Below the pieces are notes generated by a model. The model worked only from the letters and a program-made list of their open reading frames with translations, had not been told where the DNA came from and searched no databases. 64,000 bases of DNA from Nitrospirota bacterium (GTDB lineage Bacteria > Nitrospirota > JACRHJ01), in the NCBI GenBank assembly GCA_963733375.1, contig CAVTDB010000013.1:78658-142657 (forward strand), read 5' to 3'. The stretch's first letter is position 1, and each line of letters opens with the position of its first letter. Positions 62,312 through 64,000 of this stretch are shown here, one piece after another. The position numbers and the translations under genes are program-made.

Positions 62312-63628
62312 ATGGAAATAATTACCTTAATCGCTTCGATAGCGACGCTTTTCCTTGCGGCCGTCATCCTTCTGCGCAAAAGCGGGGCCGACCGGGAGGC
62401 GCAAAAGGTTCAAGACCTTTTTAACCAAGGCCGATCCGAGACTGCCGACACGTTAAGGAAGGTATCCTCCGAGCTCTCCGAGAGGATTGCCGCGTCTTCC
62501 GCCGGGGTGCGCGAGGGGGTCTCGGACAGGTTAGCTGACGCCCTGACCGTGATGCAGGACAGGCTCTCCCTGAACTTGGGCGAGATACGGGACAAGGTGG
62601 ATGCGGAACTCAAGGCGGGGCGCCTTGAATCCGCCAAGGCGGGGACGGCGGCCACCGAAGCCATTATTAAAAGACTTGGCGAGTTCGGGCAGAACACCGC
62701 TTTATCCCTTGACTCCATACGGGAGAAGGTGGACCTCCGGCTGATGGAGATCGGAAACCAGGTGCAGGCGAAGCTGGACGAGAACATCAAGGAAGGGTTC
62801 GCTCATTTCGAGAAAGTCCAGGAGCACCTGAAGAAGGCGGAGATTCAGCTTGCCGGCCTGTCCGCGGTCGGAGTGTCCGTGAACGAGCTGAACAGCCTGC
62901 TGAAGCTGCCGCACCTCCGGGGCGGCTTCGGGGAGGCGGCGCTGGAGCTTTTGCTGTCGGAGTTTTTGCCGTCGGACCTATACGAGCTTCAGGCCCAGAT
63001 AGGCGCCAACCGGGTTGACGTCCTGGTGAAACTCCCCGGCGCGTCGCTCCCCATAGACAGCAAGTTCCCGCGCGAGCAGGTCCTGCCGCTGTTCGACAGT
63101 TGCGACCAGGGAAAAATCGCCGAGGCCAGAAAGGCGCTGTGCGCTGTCGTGAAGGCCCAGGCGAAGGACATATCGGAGAAGTACGTCCGTCCGGAGCTGG
63201 GCACGACTAACATGGGCCTTATGTTCCTGCCGTCCGAGCTGCTTTATTTCGAGATCGTCCGGGATACGGAGCTATGGGCCGCGCTCACGAAGCTGAAAGT
63301 ATTTCCGGTATCTCCCAATACCCTGGCCGTGACGTTAAACGGCGTCCGCATCTCGTATGACTACTACCAGATGGCCAAGGGCGTGGAGCAGACGGTGGAG
63401 AATATAAGGAAGGCGCGGAAGCATTTCGGCGATTTCGAGAGGAAGTTCGAAGACGTCGGGAAGTCCATCACAAAAGCGCAGGACGCCTACCACACCGCCT
63501 CCACCCACATCGGCAGGTACAGCACTTCCGTCAACCGCTTGACCGGCGGAGCTGCCCCATCGAAGAGATACCAGAATAGCAAACCTTTTCCACCTTTTTG
63601 GGAAAAAGGTGGAGCCAAAAACTTTTAA
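62312..63628 (+). CDS. rmuC: DNA recombination protein RmuC family (3' end runs into repeat)
   Basis: N-terminal TM, coiled coil, RG.FGE, PIDSKFP, I.EKY, MFLPSE, SPNTL. Confidence 0.88.
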   Translation: MEIITLIASIATLFLAAVILLRKSGADREAQKVQDLFNQGRSETADTLRKVSSELSERIAASSAGVREGVSDRLADALTVMQDRLSLNLGEIRDKVDAELKAGRLESAKAGTAATEAIIKRLGEFGQNTALSLDSIREKVDLRLMEIGNQVQAKLDENIKEGFAHFEKVQEHLKKAEIQLAGLSAVGVSVNELNSLLKLPHLRGGFGEAALELLLSEFLPSDLYELQAQIGANRVDVLVKLPGASLPIDSKFPREQVLPLFDSCDQGKIAEARKALCAVVKAQAKDISEKYVRPELGTTNMGLMFLPSELLYFEIVRDTELWAALTKLKVFPVSPNTLAVTLNGVRISYDYYQMAKGVEQTVENIRKARKHFGDFERKFEDVGKSITKAQDAYHTASTHIGRYSTSVNRLTGGAAPSKRYQNSKPFPPFWEKGGAKNF

Positions 63629-63685
63629 ACTGTCCAGCTTTCTTTTGTGTTACTTTTCTTTCTCGAAAGAAAAGTAACGACTTTA
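63581..63685. repeat. AT-rich inverted doublet (type2+type1)
   Basis: TCCACCTTTTT-ggg-AAAAAGGTGGA-gc-CAAAAAC ... TTTCTTTTgtGTTACTTTTCTTT-ctcg-AAAGAAAAGTAACGACTTTA. Confidence 0.92.
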
Positions 63686-64000
63686 CCCGCATTTCTCTTC
63701 GGAACATTTTTCGAGTATCTGCGCGAGCAGCGCCGCCGCAGCCTCGTGCGGCCCCTCTGTCTCGCATCCAGCAATGCCCAGTCGCGTCCGCAGCTGGCCC
63801 ACGAAAACGCCGCTCTTAAATGCCGCATCGAAAACCTTCTCCGCTATCGCGTCATGCAGCTCCCGGTACTGCGGCGCGCCGAACGGGTTCGCGAAATAGT
63901 GGTGCGTGAGGCCGGTCGCCTGGGTCGTGCCCTTGGACATAGCGGCGCCTTCCCGGAAAACCCGAAGCGCGCTCCCGGCTGAATTGAACCTCTCGATTAT
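63683..64000 (-). CDS. C-terminus of a hypothetical protein entering from beyond the window
   Basis: Frame stays open from the window end to TAA at 63683. Confidence 0.55.
   Translation of the reverse strand: MIERFNSAGSALRVFREGAAMSKGTTQATGLTHHYFANPFGAPQYRELHDAIAEKVFDAAFKSGVFVGQLRTRLGIAGCETEGPHEAAAALLAQILEKCSEEKCG

Overview
GC-rich bacterial chromosomal window. The gene set (System II cytochrome c maturation, multiheme cytochromes, ntrYX, yqeY-mutS2-dnaG-rpoD) suggests an anaerobe of Nitrospirota/Desulfobacterota type; this is inference only. Content is mostly housekeeping (mutS2, dnaG, rpoD, uvrA, cysK, tsaC, queC, DEAD-box helicase, nth, coaD, smpB, guaA, rpsU, ntrYX, buk/ptb, rmuC). It also carries an MtrA/MtrB-type porin-decaheme pair and a ~15-heme cytochrome downstream of resB/ccsA. 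About 20 single-base frameshifts hit otherwise intact genes, including essential ones, which points to long-read indel error rather than gene decay. Main novelty candidates: (1) a dispersed family of about 11 intergenic inverted doublets, each unit a hairpin plus a co-varying mirror-repeat purine tail (intrastrand-triplex signature), with a G/C-rich counterpart; (2) a 32-33 bp micro-element with 2-bp target duplications nested in those repeats; (3) a low-GC island (about 17.6-20.2 kb) with a TIR-domain gene, micro-ORFs, a promoter- and terminator-bounded small RNA candidate and three copies of a '-10 box + 20 nt + GTTRGCGCGGGAAT' unit; (4) a stand-alone SIR2 gene plus a BrnA remnant inserted between ntrY and ntrX.
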